A stretch of 64,000 nt of DNA from Haliotis rubra (Eukaryota). Where the stretch lies: positions 434,001 through 498,000 of the forward strand of contig NW_025767246.1 of the NCBI RefSeq assembly GCF_003918875.1, written 5' to 3'. Under the pieces are notes generated by a model. That model had not been told where the DNA came from. It searched no databases and saw nothing but the letters and a program-made list of their open reading frames with translations. Position 1 is the stretch's first letter; each line of letters starts with the position of its first letter. The translations under genes and the position numbers were made by a program. Positions 26,440-38,765 of the stretch are shown here, piece after piece.

Positions 26440-26655
26440 CTGAAGAACTGGGTTAGATCCGATCTTCAGTAACCCATGCTTGTCGTAAGAGGCAACTGAC
26501 GGGATCAGGTGGTCAGGCTCGCTGACTGGGTTGACAAATGTCAACATATCCCAGTTGCGTAGATCGATGCTCATGCCGTCGATCACTGGATTGTCTAGTC
26601 CAGACTCGATTATTTACAGACCGCCACCATATAGCTGGAATATTTCTGAGTGCAA
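26440..26655 (+). mobile_element. SINE family B
   Basis: Consensus match. Confidence 0.88.
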
Positions 26656-26888
26656 TAACGCGAACGTTGTATATTTAGACAATTACGTGGTAAAGTAGGT
26701 CTAAATCTTCCAGAATAGCGTGGATTAATCCTTCATGGTATGGAAGTTTCTTGAATACTTTTATGACTATGTAAGGGCGCAAGCGCTTGCCTCTGTCATC
26801 TTACATTTCAACAAAATCAGCGATTGTGTGAAGATCTTTAGTTTACCCTGGATATCCAATGTAGGCTAATTAGAAGCTTGGTCACTGA

Positions 26889-27060
26889 GGGGCGGTGGGG
26901 TAGCCTAATGGTTAAAGCGTTCGCTCGTCACGCCGAAGACCCGGGTTCGATTCCACACATGGGTACAATGTGTGAAGCCCATTTCTGGTGTCCCCTGCCG
27001 TGATATTGCTGGAATATTGCTAAAAAGCGGCGTAAAACCATACTCACTCAGTCAGTCACT
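26889..27060 (+). mobile_element. SINE family A
   Basis: Near-consensus; TSD TCACTGA. Confidence 0.92.
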
Positions 27061-27149
27061 CACTGATGCTGCCAAGTGAAAAGTGCTATAACTTAATGAC
27101 ATTACCACTGCTACTATATTTTAACACACTGTAATTGCTCTGGCATTGG

Positions 27150-27560
27150 ATTTTTAACTGCTTGTCTATTGTGTACTGCCAATGTAATTACTTTGTAGTA
27201 ATTTATATTGATTTGTAAACCTAGTTAATTTTAGAATACAATTGTTAGTTGTTTGACATTACGGTGTTGTTTGATGGTTTCACCCTGAATTTTCTAGAGC
27301 ATATAGATTTATGGGTAACATTTTATTTTTAAATTGGACACGTAACAACATGTGGGAATATCCGTCAATGGTTACTGCGGTAAACAAGTGTCCCGTGTGT
27401 TGCCAGGATATCTTGTATCTCCGGCGGACAATTTTTGCTTTTTGTAGAACCTGAAATCGATAATTCATTCAAGTGGAATAGCAGTGAATGCTGAAATCTC
27501 TCTCGGTGTGCCGGGAGGTGGTGAACGTAACGGACATCAGCACGGTATGGACAGTGTGAG
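27150..27560 (-). pseudogene. Decayed member (N-terminal part)
   Basis: FQHSLLFHLNELSISGS versus FPHSILYHITEVIFNGS; ISW..DGYSHMLLRVQ. Confidence 0.45.
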
Positions 27561-27639
27561 GAGAGTCCAGTAACGGTCAGTTGCAAGTACGCCAGACCGC
27601 TTAACTTCCGTTGTTTGCTTTAGCGCTTTAAGGATATCT

Positions 27640-28800
27640 GTCGTATAATGTTGGATGTTGAACATATCCATTGTTTACTGCTAGATGTTAAAGACATCCA
27701 TTGTTTACTGCTAGATGTTGAGGACATCCATTGTTTACTGTTAGATGTTGAGGACATCCATTGTTTACTGCTAGATGTTGAGGTCATCCATTGTTTACTG
27801 TTAGATGTTGAGGACATCCATTGTTTACTGCTAGATGTTGAGGTCATCCATTGTTTACTGCTAGATGTTGAGGACGTCCATTGTTTACTGTTAGATGTTG
27901 AGGACATCCATTGTTTACTGCTAGATGTTGAGGACATCAATTGTTTACTGCTAGATGTTGAGGTCATCCATTGTTTACTGCTAGATGTTGAGGACATCCA
28001 TTGTTTATTGCTAGATGTTGAGGACATCCATTGTTTACTGCTAGATGTTGAAGACATCCATTGTTTACTGCTAGATGTTGAGGTCATCTGCTGTTTACTG
28101 CTAGATGTTGAGGACATCCGTTGTTTACTGCTAGATGTTGAGGACATCCGTTGTTTACTGCTAGATGTTAAGGACATCCGTCGTTTACTGCTGGATGTTG
28201 AGGACATCCATTGTTTACTGCTGGATGTTAAAGGCATTTGTTATTTACTGCTGGATGCTAAAGGCATCCATTGTTTACTGCTAGATGTTGAGGACATCCG
28301 TTGTTTACTGCTAGATGTTGAGGAAATCCGTTGTTTACTGTTAGATGTTAAAGACATCCGTTATTTACTGCTGGATGCTAAAGGCATCCATTGTTTACTG
28401 CTAGATGTTGAGGACATCCGTTGTTTACTGCTAGATGTTGAGGACATCCGTTGTTTACTGCTAGATGTTGAGGACATCCATTGTTTATTGCTAGATGTTG
28501 AGGCCATCCGCTGTTTACTGCAAGATGCTAAGGACATCCGTCGTTTACTGCTGGATGTTGAGGCCATCTGCTGTTTACTGCTAGATGTTGAGGACATCCA
28601 TTGTTTACTGCAAGATGTTGAGGACATCCATTGTTTACTGCTAGATGTTGAGGACATCCATTGTTTCTTGCTAGATGTTGAGGCCATCCGCTGTTTACTG
28701 CTAGATGTTAAGGACCATCCGCTGTTTACTGCTAGATGTTAAGGACATCCGTTGTTTACTGCTAGATGTTGAGGACATCCGTTGTTTACCGCTAGATGTG
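27640..28800. repeat. 30-bp minisatellite (~38 copies)
   Basis: Unit TGTTTACTGCTAGATGTTGAGGACATCCAT. Confidence 0.97.
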
Positions 28801-29009
28801 AAGGAACACATTTTTGTAACATTTTCAGGACAACTGTTGTTTTCTGTTGTGTTGCGGATGAGCGTTGTTTACTGTCTCGTGCTAGGACAACAGTTGTTTA
28901 CTGTCGTATGTTTAGGACATATTCTGTAGTTTACTTTTCCTGTGTTGTGGACAATTGTTGTTTACTGTCGTACGCTAGGACAACTCATGTTTACTGTGGT
29001 GTGTTAAGG

Positions 29010-31580
29010 ATATCTGTATTATACTATCTTGTGTTGAGGACATTCCTATTGAAATATCACCTTTTATTGACATCTGTGTTGTCATATCACTTATTCAGGA
29101 TAACTGTATTATACTATCTCATGATATGGACATTCCTATTGAAATATCACCTTTTATTGACATCTGTGTTGTCATATCACTTATTCAGGATAACTGTATT
29201 ATACTATCTCATGATATGGACATTCCTATTGAAATATCACCTTTTATTGACATCTGTGTTGTCATATCACTTATTCAGGATAACTGTATTATACTATCTC
29301 ATGATATGGACATTCCTATTGAAATATCACCTTTTATTGACATCTGTGTTATCAAATCACTTATTCAGGATAACTGTATTATACTATCTCATGTTATGGA
29401 CATTCCTATTGAAATATCACCTTTTATTGACATCTGTGTTATCATATCACTTATTCAGGATAACTGTATTATACTATCTCATGTTATGGACATTCCTATT
29501 GAAATATCACCTTTTATTGACATCTGTATTATAATATCACTTATTCAGGATAACTGTATTATACTATCTCATGTTATGGACATACCTACTGAAGTATCAC
29601 CTTTTATTGACATCTGTGTTATCATATCACTTATTCAGGATAACTGTATTATAATATCTCATGTTATGGACATTCCTATTGAAATATCACCTTTTATTGA
29701 CATCTGTGTTATCATATCACTTATTCAGGATAACTGTATTATACTATGTTATGTTATGGACATTCCTATTGAAATATCACCTTTTATTGACATCTGTGTT
29801 ATCATATCACTTATTCAGGATAACTGTATTATACTATGTTATGTTATGGACATTCCTATTGAAGTATCACCTTTTATTGACATATCATATCACTTATTCA
29901 GGATAACTGTATTATACTATGTTATGTTATGGACATTCCTATTGAAATATCACCTTTTATTGACATCTGTGTTATCATATCACTTATTCAGGATAACTGT
30001 ATTATACTATCTCATGATATGGACATTCCTATTGAAATATCACCTTTTATTGACATCTGTGTTGTCATATCACTTATTCAGGATAACTGTATTATACTAT
30101 CTCATGTTATGGACATTCCTATTGAAGTATCACCTTTTATTGACATATCATATCACTTATTCAGGATAACTGTATTATACTATCTCATGTTATGGACATT
30201 CCTATTGAAATATCACCTTTTATTGACATCTGTGTTGTCATATCACTTATTCAGGATAACTGTATTATACTATCTCATGATATGGACATTCCTATTGAAA
30301 TATCACCTTTTATTGACATCTGTGTTGTCATATCACTTATTCAGGATAACTGTATTATACTATCTCATGATATGGACATTCCTATTGAAATATCACCTTT
30401 TATTGACATCTGTGTTATCAAATCACTTATTCAGGATAACTGTATTATACTATCTCATGTTATGGACATTCCTATTGAAATATCACCTTTTATTGACATC
30501 TGTGTTATCAAATCACTTATTCAGGATAACTGCATTATACTATCTCATGTTATGGACATTCCTATTGAAATATCACCTTTTATTGACATCTGTATTATAA
30601 TATCACTTATTCAGGATAACTGTATTATACTATGTTATGTTATGGACATTCCTATTGAAATATCACCTTTTATTGACATCTGTGTTGTCATATCACTTAT
30701 TCAGGATAACTGTATTATACTATCTCATGATATGGACATTCCTATTGAAATATCACCTTTTATTGACATCTGTGTTGTCATATCACTTATTCAGGATAAC
30801 TGTATTATACTATCTCATGTTATGGACATTCCTATTGAAGTATCACCTTTTATTGACATATCATATCACTTATTCAGGATAACTGTATTATACTATGTTA
30901 TGTTATGGACATTCCTATTGAAATATCACCTTTTATTGACATCTGTGTTGTCATATCACTTATTCAGGATAACTGTATTATACTATCTCATGATATGGAC
31001 ATTCCTATTGAAATATCACCTTTTATTGACATCTGTGTTGTCATATCACTTATTCAGGATAACTTAGATGTATTATACTATCTCATGATATGGACATTCC
31101 TATTGTATTGACATCTATCTTATTCAGGATAACTGTATTATACTATCTCATGTTATGGACATTCCTATTGAAATATCACCTTTTATTGACATCTGTGTTA
31201 TCAAATCACTTATTCAGGATAACTGTATTATACTATCTCATGTTATGGACATTCCTATTGAAATATCACCTTTTATTGACATCTGTATTATAATATCACT
31301 TATTCAGGATAACTGTATTATACTATCTCATGTTATGGACATACCTACTGAAGTATCACCTTTTATTGACATCTGTGTTATCATATCACTTATTCAGGAT
31401 AACTGTATTATACTATCTCTGGTTATGGACATTCCTATTGAAGTATCACCTTTTATTGACATATCATATCACTTATTCAGGATAACTGTATTATACTATC
31501 TCATGTTATGGACATTCCTATTGAAATATCACCTTTTATTGACATCTGTGTTGTCATATCACTTATTCAGGATAACTGTC
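29010..31580. repeat. 90-bp satellite (~28 copies; some 83-bp deletion variants)
   Basis: Unit GGACATTCCTATTGAAATATCACCTTTTATTGACATCTGTGTTRTCATATCACTTATTCAGGATAACTGTATTATACTATCTCATGWTAT. Confidence 0.97.
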
Positions 31581-31589
31581 GGAGAGAAT

Positions 31590-31706
31590 GATATATTTAC
31601 AAAATGACCCCCTGAAAATTCACAGAAAGTGACTGTGGACATTTACTGTTCCAACTGGATTTTTACAAGCTACGGGCTAGCGGGTCAGTTGCTTTGTGGC
31701 ACACTG
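31590..31706 (-). mobile_element. Terminal fragment of the same hAT-like family as 10817-11226
   Basis: Reverse complement matches 10817-10940 (CAGTGTG..CCCGCTAGCCCGT.GCT.GTAAAAATCCAGT..GGGGTCATTTTGTAAATAT). Confidence 0.65.
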
Positions 31707-33417
31707 ATCTGTTCCAAAGTATCATGCGTTACAAACACATGCTTTAAAATATGAAGGGTTAAGGACGCCTATATCAACATATCATGTTTAAGAACATGTA
31801 CGATAATGTCACAAAGCCCTAATGATACCCTTCCCTAACATCTGCAGACTGTCTAGGCAGCCAACGCTTCCGCTGCCGCAGCTGAAGATGAGGACGCTGT
31901 TACAGATGCTTATTAAGACTGACTACCCGTCCTGATAATTGAATATAATGGCAGATGTTTCCCAGTTGCAGTTCCTGGGCATCTTTGAAAGCGTAGAAAA
32001 CATGGTAAAAACAATATTTACTAGCTTATGTCCTGTATATAATCGCGTATGGTTGAACAAGTGACAAACAGATTTCACAATGTCACTCTGCATTTCAAGC
32101 CCCAGTACTGCTGTAGACAAAGACGATAGATAATATCATTGTCTTTTTTATATAATATTGAGACTGTGGCGTTGGCATTGCGGTTAAAGCCTTTGCTCGT
32201 CACGCTGAAGACCTGTGCCCGATACTTCTTGCCGTCATCGTGCTTGCAGATTGATGGAAGCGGAGTAAAACATAGTCACTCACTGCTGATAACAAATCTG
32301 GAGACATTTCTGGAGGCATTGTTCTTCAGCCAACTGGATCGAATTTCCAGTGTGATTTTATCATTTTAATGTCGAAATGAGTGGGTATTTCAGGCCATTA
32401 TGGAGACTTAAAATATCATGTTTTTCGAATATAGTTATGTTTATTGTTTTTGTGAGGAAGAATATAATGCTTCTTTGACATGTTGACGGTATCTCAGCTA
32501 AAATATGGGAAGGTTCATGATTCATATGTATATGCATGAATGCATGAATGAATGAATGAATGAACTTACGCTTGTCTGGCAGTAAAACCTTAGCATGTGC
32601 CTATTCTTTATTCATTGTTTTTGTTGTTGTGTCGAACTTCGTCTAACTGACGGTACCTTAAACTTCGAAACAACAGTGTCGAACTGTAATAGTAATAAAG
32701 AAATAATGATAATGATAATAATCTCAAAGTATAACCTAAGAAAATACGGGTATTAAAAGTACGTGTTGTCTCGTCGACTCCCAGACAGTCGCCCAGCATC
32801 TCTCATCTCTTGTAATGCTCCTTATTCTTCGTCTTCCATTGCAGATTACCCGTTATCCATGGACGTCGGTCTTCCATCACATCAAGTGACCAGTGGACTG
32901 ACCCATGTGTTTCGTCCACCGTCCCAACCTATCAGTTTCCGCTGCTGTGGTCAATAGCCGTTCAAGAGGACGCGTTTGCTTCATTAGACAGGGAACACGA
33001 GGCCTGAAGCGGGCGCCATTACAGTGGACAAACTTCATTTCGACAACAGTGTGGGTTGTCCTACCTCAAAGCAAATTGCTCAACATGGCGTTTTACTCGC
33101 CAAATTGTGAAGCATTGTTGTGAAAGTTTGGATGTTTTTGACGACGGAACAGTGAAGGATAGCTTTCGAGTGAACTAATGTGTTACGAGATGTGATTCCA
33201 AATTGAATTTTTGTAAACTCTCCTTGTGCACTGAATTGAAGCAAGTGTTCAAAGTGATTTAAAGAAATCGATGAAGCCCTACCTTCACTGGAGAATCCAG
33301 AGGTGTGGAATTACGTTTTGACACAGGGATTGCTGATATAATGTGTCATCAATGTGGTACATTTGCTCTGGTCAGTCTACACAACCACCTCACCCTCTCC
33401 CCCAACCCTATAGCATA

Positions 33418-33840
33418 ATGATCACCCAGAACAGAACCCTTCCATTCATTCTGTCAGTGCTCTATGAGGAATGTTTGCGCAAGCGCAACCAAACCGAAAA
33501 CTCGACCCAACCCACAGGCCGGTCTACCAGTTCCGACGACACAGACTTCGGCGCTGTGATGTACATTACAACGGTGCTGGTGTTCTATTCTGCCGGGATT
33601 GTCGTCATGATCATCAAATATTTGAAGACGGAGAAGAGGGAGATGGAAGAAGAGGCAGCTTTGGACAACTTCTTCAAACATATGCCAGATCACCAACGAC
33701 AGAAGGAAAACCACGTGAACAAAGTTGCAATACAGGCATTCCATACTCTCACTACAGCCGCGGCTTATGACACGAGTAGTATAGTCGTGGACGACGACCT
33801 CATTCACCCTCCTCAGACGTTGTTGGTGTCAGATGTTTGA
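33418..33840 (+). CDS. Single-pass (type III-like) membrane glycoprotein, 140 aa, KCNE/MinK-like, with C-terminal PDZ-binding motif
   Basis: Non-repetitive ORF. ATG at 33418 has A at -3 and follows a pyrimidine-rich tract plus AG (33412-33413; possible splice acceptor). N-glycosylation sequons NRT, NQT, NST; one hydrophobic helix AVMYITTVLVFYSAGIVVMII followed by KYLKTEKREMEEE; ends -VSDV*. AATAAA at 34912-34917. An alternative in-frame ATG lies at 33352. Confidence 0.85.
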   Translation: MITQNRTLPFILSVLYEECLRKRNQTENSTQPTGRSTSSDDTDFGAVMYITTVLVFYSAGIVVMIIKYLKTEKREMEEEAALDNFFKHMPDHQRQKENHVNKVAIQAFHTLTTAAAYDTSSIVVDDDLIHPPQTLLVSDV

Positions 33841-33883
33841 CGGATGACGTCATTGCTGGATGCGGATATATACATCACTTGCC

Positions 33884-34465
33884 GAAAGTCACGAGTATTT
33901 CGGATCCAGAGTTATGGCGGATTTGTGCATGAGCAGTTGTACATACGAAAACAAATGATGGACACAGCAGTTGACGAAACTCATGGGTATTTCGGTTCAA
34001 GAATGATCTCGGATTTATTCACGCCGGGGTCATGGCTCAGTATGGATACTTAAATAAGTTACAGAAGCCATGATTATTTCGGATCCAGACTCAAGTCGGA
34101 TTTGTTCATGAAATCGTGTATTGCACGGGATTACAAATCTGGATACTGAAGCGCAACACGATTACGAAAAGCACTTAACGGAGCTCGTGATTTTCGGATC
34201 CAAGAAGATCTCGGATTTAGTCATGAGGTTATTTACACGGAAATTATGTTCCAGCGCTCAAAGAAAGCCGTGGGTATTTCGGATCAAGGATGGACTCGAA
34301 TACCTTCAAAAGGATATCATTGCTTAGGTGAAAATTGTGGATTCGAAGAGCAATTATCGAAAAAAGTCGAAAACACTCGGATCACTTCGGATCCAGAATA
34401 ATCTCGGATTAATACCAACGTCATGGATACGTACAGTTCATGAGGAAACTCGGATTTATGCATTT
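33884..34465 (+). repeat. Degenerate ~90-115 bp period repeat with ~48-bp hairpin-forming cores in the putative 3' UTR
   Basis: About 6 cores like GTATTTCGGATCCAGAATGATCTCGGATTT in units starting near 33884, 33976, 34064, 34180, 34263, 34379. Confidence 0.7.
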
Positions 34466-34911
34466 AATCGAAAAAGCATCTTGTGTACATTATTATATCA
34501 GTGGTGTATGTTTGAAATCAGCGCGCTCAGGATACAAACAAAATGGCGGTATACATTTTACAAAACGTTGTATAAACTAGTATTGGCAGTTGTAAGGAAC
34601 ATATTTTCCTGTGCATACGCGTTGCTGTTGGTTGCGATCGTTGATACTGGCGCTGCAAGGAGTCTTGGCGCCGTCACTGTTCAGTAATATATATGCACGG
34701 CGCTTCCTACTGACTCTTTTTCGATGTGGGAAGTTTGCGTCTAGCGCTATAAGACTTTGGTCAGCCATTACTGTGATAGAACACTTGCAATTTGACGTTT
34801 TTTCATTTGACGTTTCTATCATACTTTACCATTTACAATGCACTGGTATTATTTTTTTCATGAATCATTTTGTTTCATTTGAATTAAGCTGAATTGGTGT
34901 ATGCGCACGTT

Positions 34912-34917
34912 AATAAA
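34912..34917 (+). promoter_or_regulatory. Candidate polyadenylation signal of the KCNE-like gene
   Basis: AATAAA about 1.07 kb after the stop, following an AT-rich UTR-like stretch. Confidence 0.4.
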
Positions 34918-35085
34918 CTAGGGTCTTTGCTGATCATTAAGACTCTCGAATCACGGTATACCCCTCCATATTGTGTGTACAAGAGGGATCCACTTTCAAG
35001 GCTTCATACTAATATATGCCTTCTAAAACCACAGGCATCGCAAAGTATAGATTTCCGTATGTAACAGAGCCATATAAAATCGAAT

Positions 35086-35312
35086 CCGTGATCTTCAGCA
35101 ACGCATGCTTGTCGTAAGAGGCGACTGACGGGATCGGGTGGTCCGGCTGGCTGACTTCGCTGACACATGACTTATCGTATCCCAATTGCGTAGACTAATG
35201 CTCATGCTGTTAATCACTGGATTGTCTGGTCCAGACTCGATTATTTACAGACCGCCGCCATATAGCTGGAATATTGCTGAATGCAGCATTAAACAACAAA
35301 CCAACGGACCAA
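35086..35312 (+). mobile_element. SINE family B
   Basis: Consensus match. Confidence 0.88.
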
Positions 35313-35421
35313 CAATATAAAATCGTATCATATATTTATTTCCTTATGAAAATTTTTGGTTCTTTACAGCGTAGTGTATATACACGTACACACACACACG
35401 CATGCACGCACGAACGCAAAC

Positions 35422-35522
35422 TATACTGCTCAAGGGAAATTAAGGAACACTCGATGTCATCGCAGATTAATAACAGTTATGTGAAAGATTTGGGTGTCCT
35501 TTAACTTCTGTTGAGTAATGTA
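35422..35522. mobile_element. Degenerate Tc1-type MITE
   Basis: Imperfect inverted ends TACTGCTCAAGGGAAATTAAGGAACAC / GTGTCCTTTAACTTCTGTTGAGTAATGTA. Confidence 0.5.
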
Positions 35523-35807
35523 TCAAAATGACATTTTCGGTAAGTATTTCGTGGCAAATTAATGTTTCCTCTTCTAACTTCTCGACCATCTGAAAGAACA
35601 TGCAGGTTTTCTGTGAAAACATTTTCAGCGGGTCTCTTGGTGTTATTGAACCTCAACGAACGTACAAAAAAATATTATGGAAATATATAGGGATGCTTGT
35701 GTTTTCTGTTCAAGTTGTATGTACGTATCTTACCCTATCACATATGCAAGTCCAGAAGAAGCGGTTTGGTTGTTGAAGCCGACGAACAGATCAAAGGAAT
35801 GGTCATT

Positions 35808-36330
35808 CAGAGCTCCAGATAAGATTTAGCTCATGTGGGTACTGTACCCACTGTATTTTTGGGGAGTGGGTATTATGAATGTTGAGTGGGTATTTCATTT
35901 TCCGTTACCCCTGCTTTCAAATATGTGCGTATTTCAGTCATTTTACTCACCTAAGTATTACGTCATTGAGTAAGTTTACTAAGCAGGTATGTTCTGCCTT
36001 ATGTCATACCTAATCAAAACCAACTTAAATATAATGGAAATGATTTCATAAAAAATCACTCATCCTATACTGACAGTACAACACTTGTCCTATACTAACA
36101 GCACAACTTTTAACACTTGTCCTATACTAACAGTACAACTTGATAGCAATCGATGTCTTTTTCATTACGCAAGCGATTTTTATAAATATATTCCGTACGC
36201 ATTTGTTTTAAACTTTTTGCGTATCTAACATTTTAAATGCGTAATTACTACGCAACAATTATTTTTCAATGCGTAATTGGAAATTTTCTATGCTTATTTT
36301 ACCCGGATACGCAGCTTATCTGGGCCTCTG
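35808..36330. mobile_element. Non-autonomous hAT-like element
   Basis: TIR CAGAGCTCCAGATAAG / CTTATCTGGGCCTCTG; degenerate GGTCAT-containing flank duplication. Confidence 0.6.
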
Positions 36331-36391
36331 CCGGTCATGGTTAGTTTTAATACAATCATAACATAATCCGGACCTTTTAGTCTTATACGAA

Positions 36392-36736
36392 AGGGCGGTG
36401 GTGATGCCTTGTCGTTTAAGCGTTCGCTTGTCACGTGGAAGATTTGGGTTCGATTCCCCAACATGGGTGCAATGTGTGAAGTCTGTTTCAGGTGTTCCCC
36501 GCCGTGATGTTGCTGGAATATTACTAAAAGTGGCGTAAAACGCAACTCATTCACTCACTCGTATACTGACTGACTGACTGAGTTTAGTTTTACGCCGCTT
36601 TTAGCAATATTCCAGCAATATCACGGCGGGGGACACCAGAAATGGGCTTAACACATTGTGCCCATGTGGGGAATCGAACACGGGTCTTCGGCGTGACGAG
36701 CCAACGCTTTAACCACTAGGCTACCCCACCGCCCCC
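36392..36736. mobile_element. Tail-to-tail inverted SINE-A pair (36392-36560 +, 36566-36736 -)
   Basis: Younger minus copy inserted at the tail of the older plus copy; TSD TCACTC(G/A)TATAC. Confidence 0.9.
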
Positions 36737-37119
36737 TCACTCATATACGATCCCTCTCTGAGTCAATATGTGCTGGCCCATCCATACCAGGTCGTATCAC
36801 GTGATCGTTTTAACCAGCCAATCAGTGTCAAGTACAGCAGAATTGTCGGTACTTATGTGTAAAGCACTCAGACTTGCATATCTGATTTCCGACTGCAAAA
36901 GGTTACAATGAGCTACTATGAACTGATATATTTATTCTTAGTATCTCAACTCAAAACGAAATTCTATAGGAGAAGAATTTGTGTTATATTTTGTGAACGT
37001 TAAAAATCCTAATCGCAGTAGTAAAGAACTGAAACCGAAAAGTTTACATTTGATTGGCTGAACACTCGCGCCTGTTTCATATACATTCAATCGGTTCGCC
37101 TGGCTTCCCATGGGATATT

Positions 37120-37476
37120 GGACCGCCTCCGTGGTGCAGTGGTTAGAGCGTCCGCACGGAGAGCGGAAGGTCGCGGTTTCGATCCCCGACCGCGTATACC
37201 AAAAGACGTTAAAATATGGCACTTGTTGGTCCCTGCCTGCCGCTCGGCATTAATGGGTACAACAAGGACTGGTCGGCTCGGAGTCAGTATAATGTGTCTG
37301 AGTGGGGTATTCATGCTTCACTGCGGCATGGTATCTCAGTGGGCTAGCACTATAAAACCAGCTTAAGTCTGGGCTAGTACAAGCAGCCGCACATACACAT
37401 ACACGCGCATGCACGTCGTCATATGAGCGAAATATTCTCAAGCACGACGTTAAACCCAATTTCACCTCACCTCACC
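37120..37476 (+). mobile_element. SINE family C
   Basis: Near-identical to the 12795 copy; 15-bp TSD TCCCATGGGATATTG; inserted into another SINE's tail. Confidence 0.92.
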
Positions 37477-38463
37477 TCCCATGGGATATTGCTGAGTGCG
37501 GCGTAAAACTAAACTTGCTCACTCACTCATCCATGCCATCAGTTATCTTTATTTAGATTAAACGATGTGAGTTTAATTAGATTCGTCAAGTTGCTGAACA
37601 CCATTTCAAGCTAAGATCTTCACGGAGCATTAGTGAGAGAGTGTTTAACTACAGAATCACCAATATTCAATCAATCAATCTTTATTCGGTACATAAAAGG
37701 TCACAGGCCTATAGTCCATTTATATACACAATATTTACAACTGAGCAGCAGAAATGCATATGCCAAATATTTACAGATTCTGTAATTCAATAGTATTTTC
37801 ATTTGTTAATCATATAGTGACCAGCATTCAAGCGATATCAAGGCAGTCTCAAAACAACGGAATCTGAGCCAGGACCGGTGACCGAAAGCATGACAAACAA
37901 AACTTCCTGCAGATATAAGAACCCGATCACCGGATTTCATTTTTTACCGATTCTTGCGACAAGCATATATATTACTTGGCCAATTTCAACCAAGAATTAT
38001 CGCAGGGACATTGGTTCCTGGCTTCGGAATGATTCTATAGGATTAGTGGTTCTTTAAACTTGCTGACTGGCATACAGAGTCTGAGGATATTGGTAGATGT
38101 TCTCAGTGCCGGGGACGGCTAATCCACGCATACAATTTAGGTGGCGAGATCGTGGTGTTCTGCAAGGTTTGAGACTGGGAGGTCGGTGCACGGAACATAT
38201 ATATCTGGATGATATCAGTAGATCAGAGGGAAGGATTATTTGTCTGTGGGTAGACGGTGCGTGCTTCTCACTGGGGTCGAGAAGAGGGGTAATTTTGTGT
38301 AGGTGATACATCAGCTGTCCGGGCAGTGACAGGCCCACGACTGTTTAGTGTCGACCTTTTATTTAAACATAATATGCAGGAATAATGTGTTTGTCGCACT
38401 CAGCTGATTATAGAAATAATATGTTAATTAAATGAGATAAAAATATTTTTGTTAAAGTAAATT

Positions 38464-38765
38464 NNNNNNNNNNNNNNNNNNNNNNNNNNNNNNNNNNNNN
38501 NNNNNNNNNNNNNNNNNNNNNNNNNNNNNNNNNNNNNNNNNNNNNNNNNNNNNNNNNNNNNNNNNNNNNNNNNNNNNNNNNNNNNNNNNNNNNNNNNNNN
38601 NNNNNNNNNNNNNNNNNNNNNNNNNNNNNNNNNNNNNNNNNNNNNNNNNNNNNNNNNNNNNNNNNNNNNNNNNNNNNNNNNNNNNNNNNNNNNNNNNNNN
38701 NNNNNNNNNNNNNNNNNNNNNNNNNNNNNNNNNNNNNNNNNNNNNNNNNNNNNNNNNNNNNNNNN
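38464..38765. other. Assembly gap
   Basis: N run next to (AGT)n. Confidence 1.

Noticed and set aside
27620-31607. LLLDVEDIHC, SSTSSSKQWM and MDIPIEISPF repeat ORFs
   Set aside because: Translations of 30-bp and 90-bp satellites; frames switch at unit deletions.
33884-34465. CRISPR-like repeat-spacer array or canonical IREs
   Set aside because: Eukaryotic context, no cas genes, degenerate repeats, and spacers share ATGGATAC-like remnants. Only one loop is CAGAGT and its upper stem does not pair.
38053-38180. Zinc-ribbon-like CSQC...CKV*DWE frame
   Set aside because: Short and stop-interrupted; an overlapping frame fits the dispersed ORF family about as well, so probably chance.
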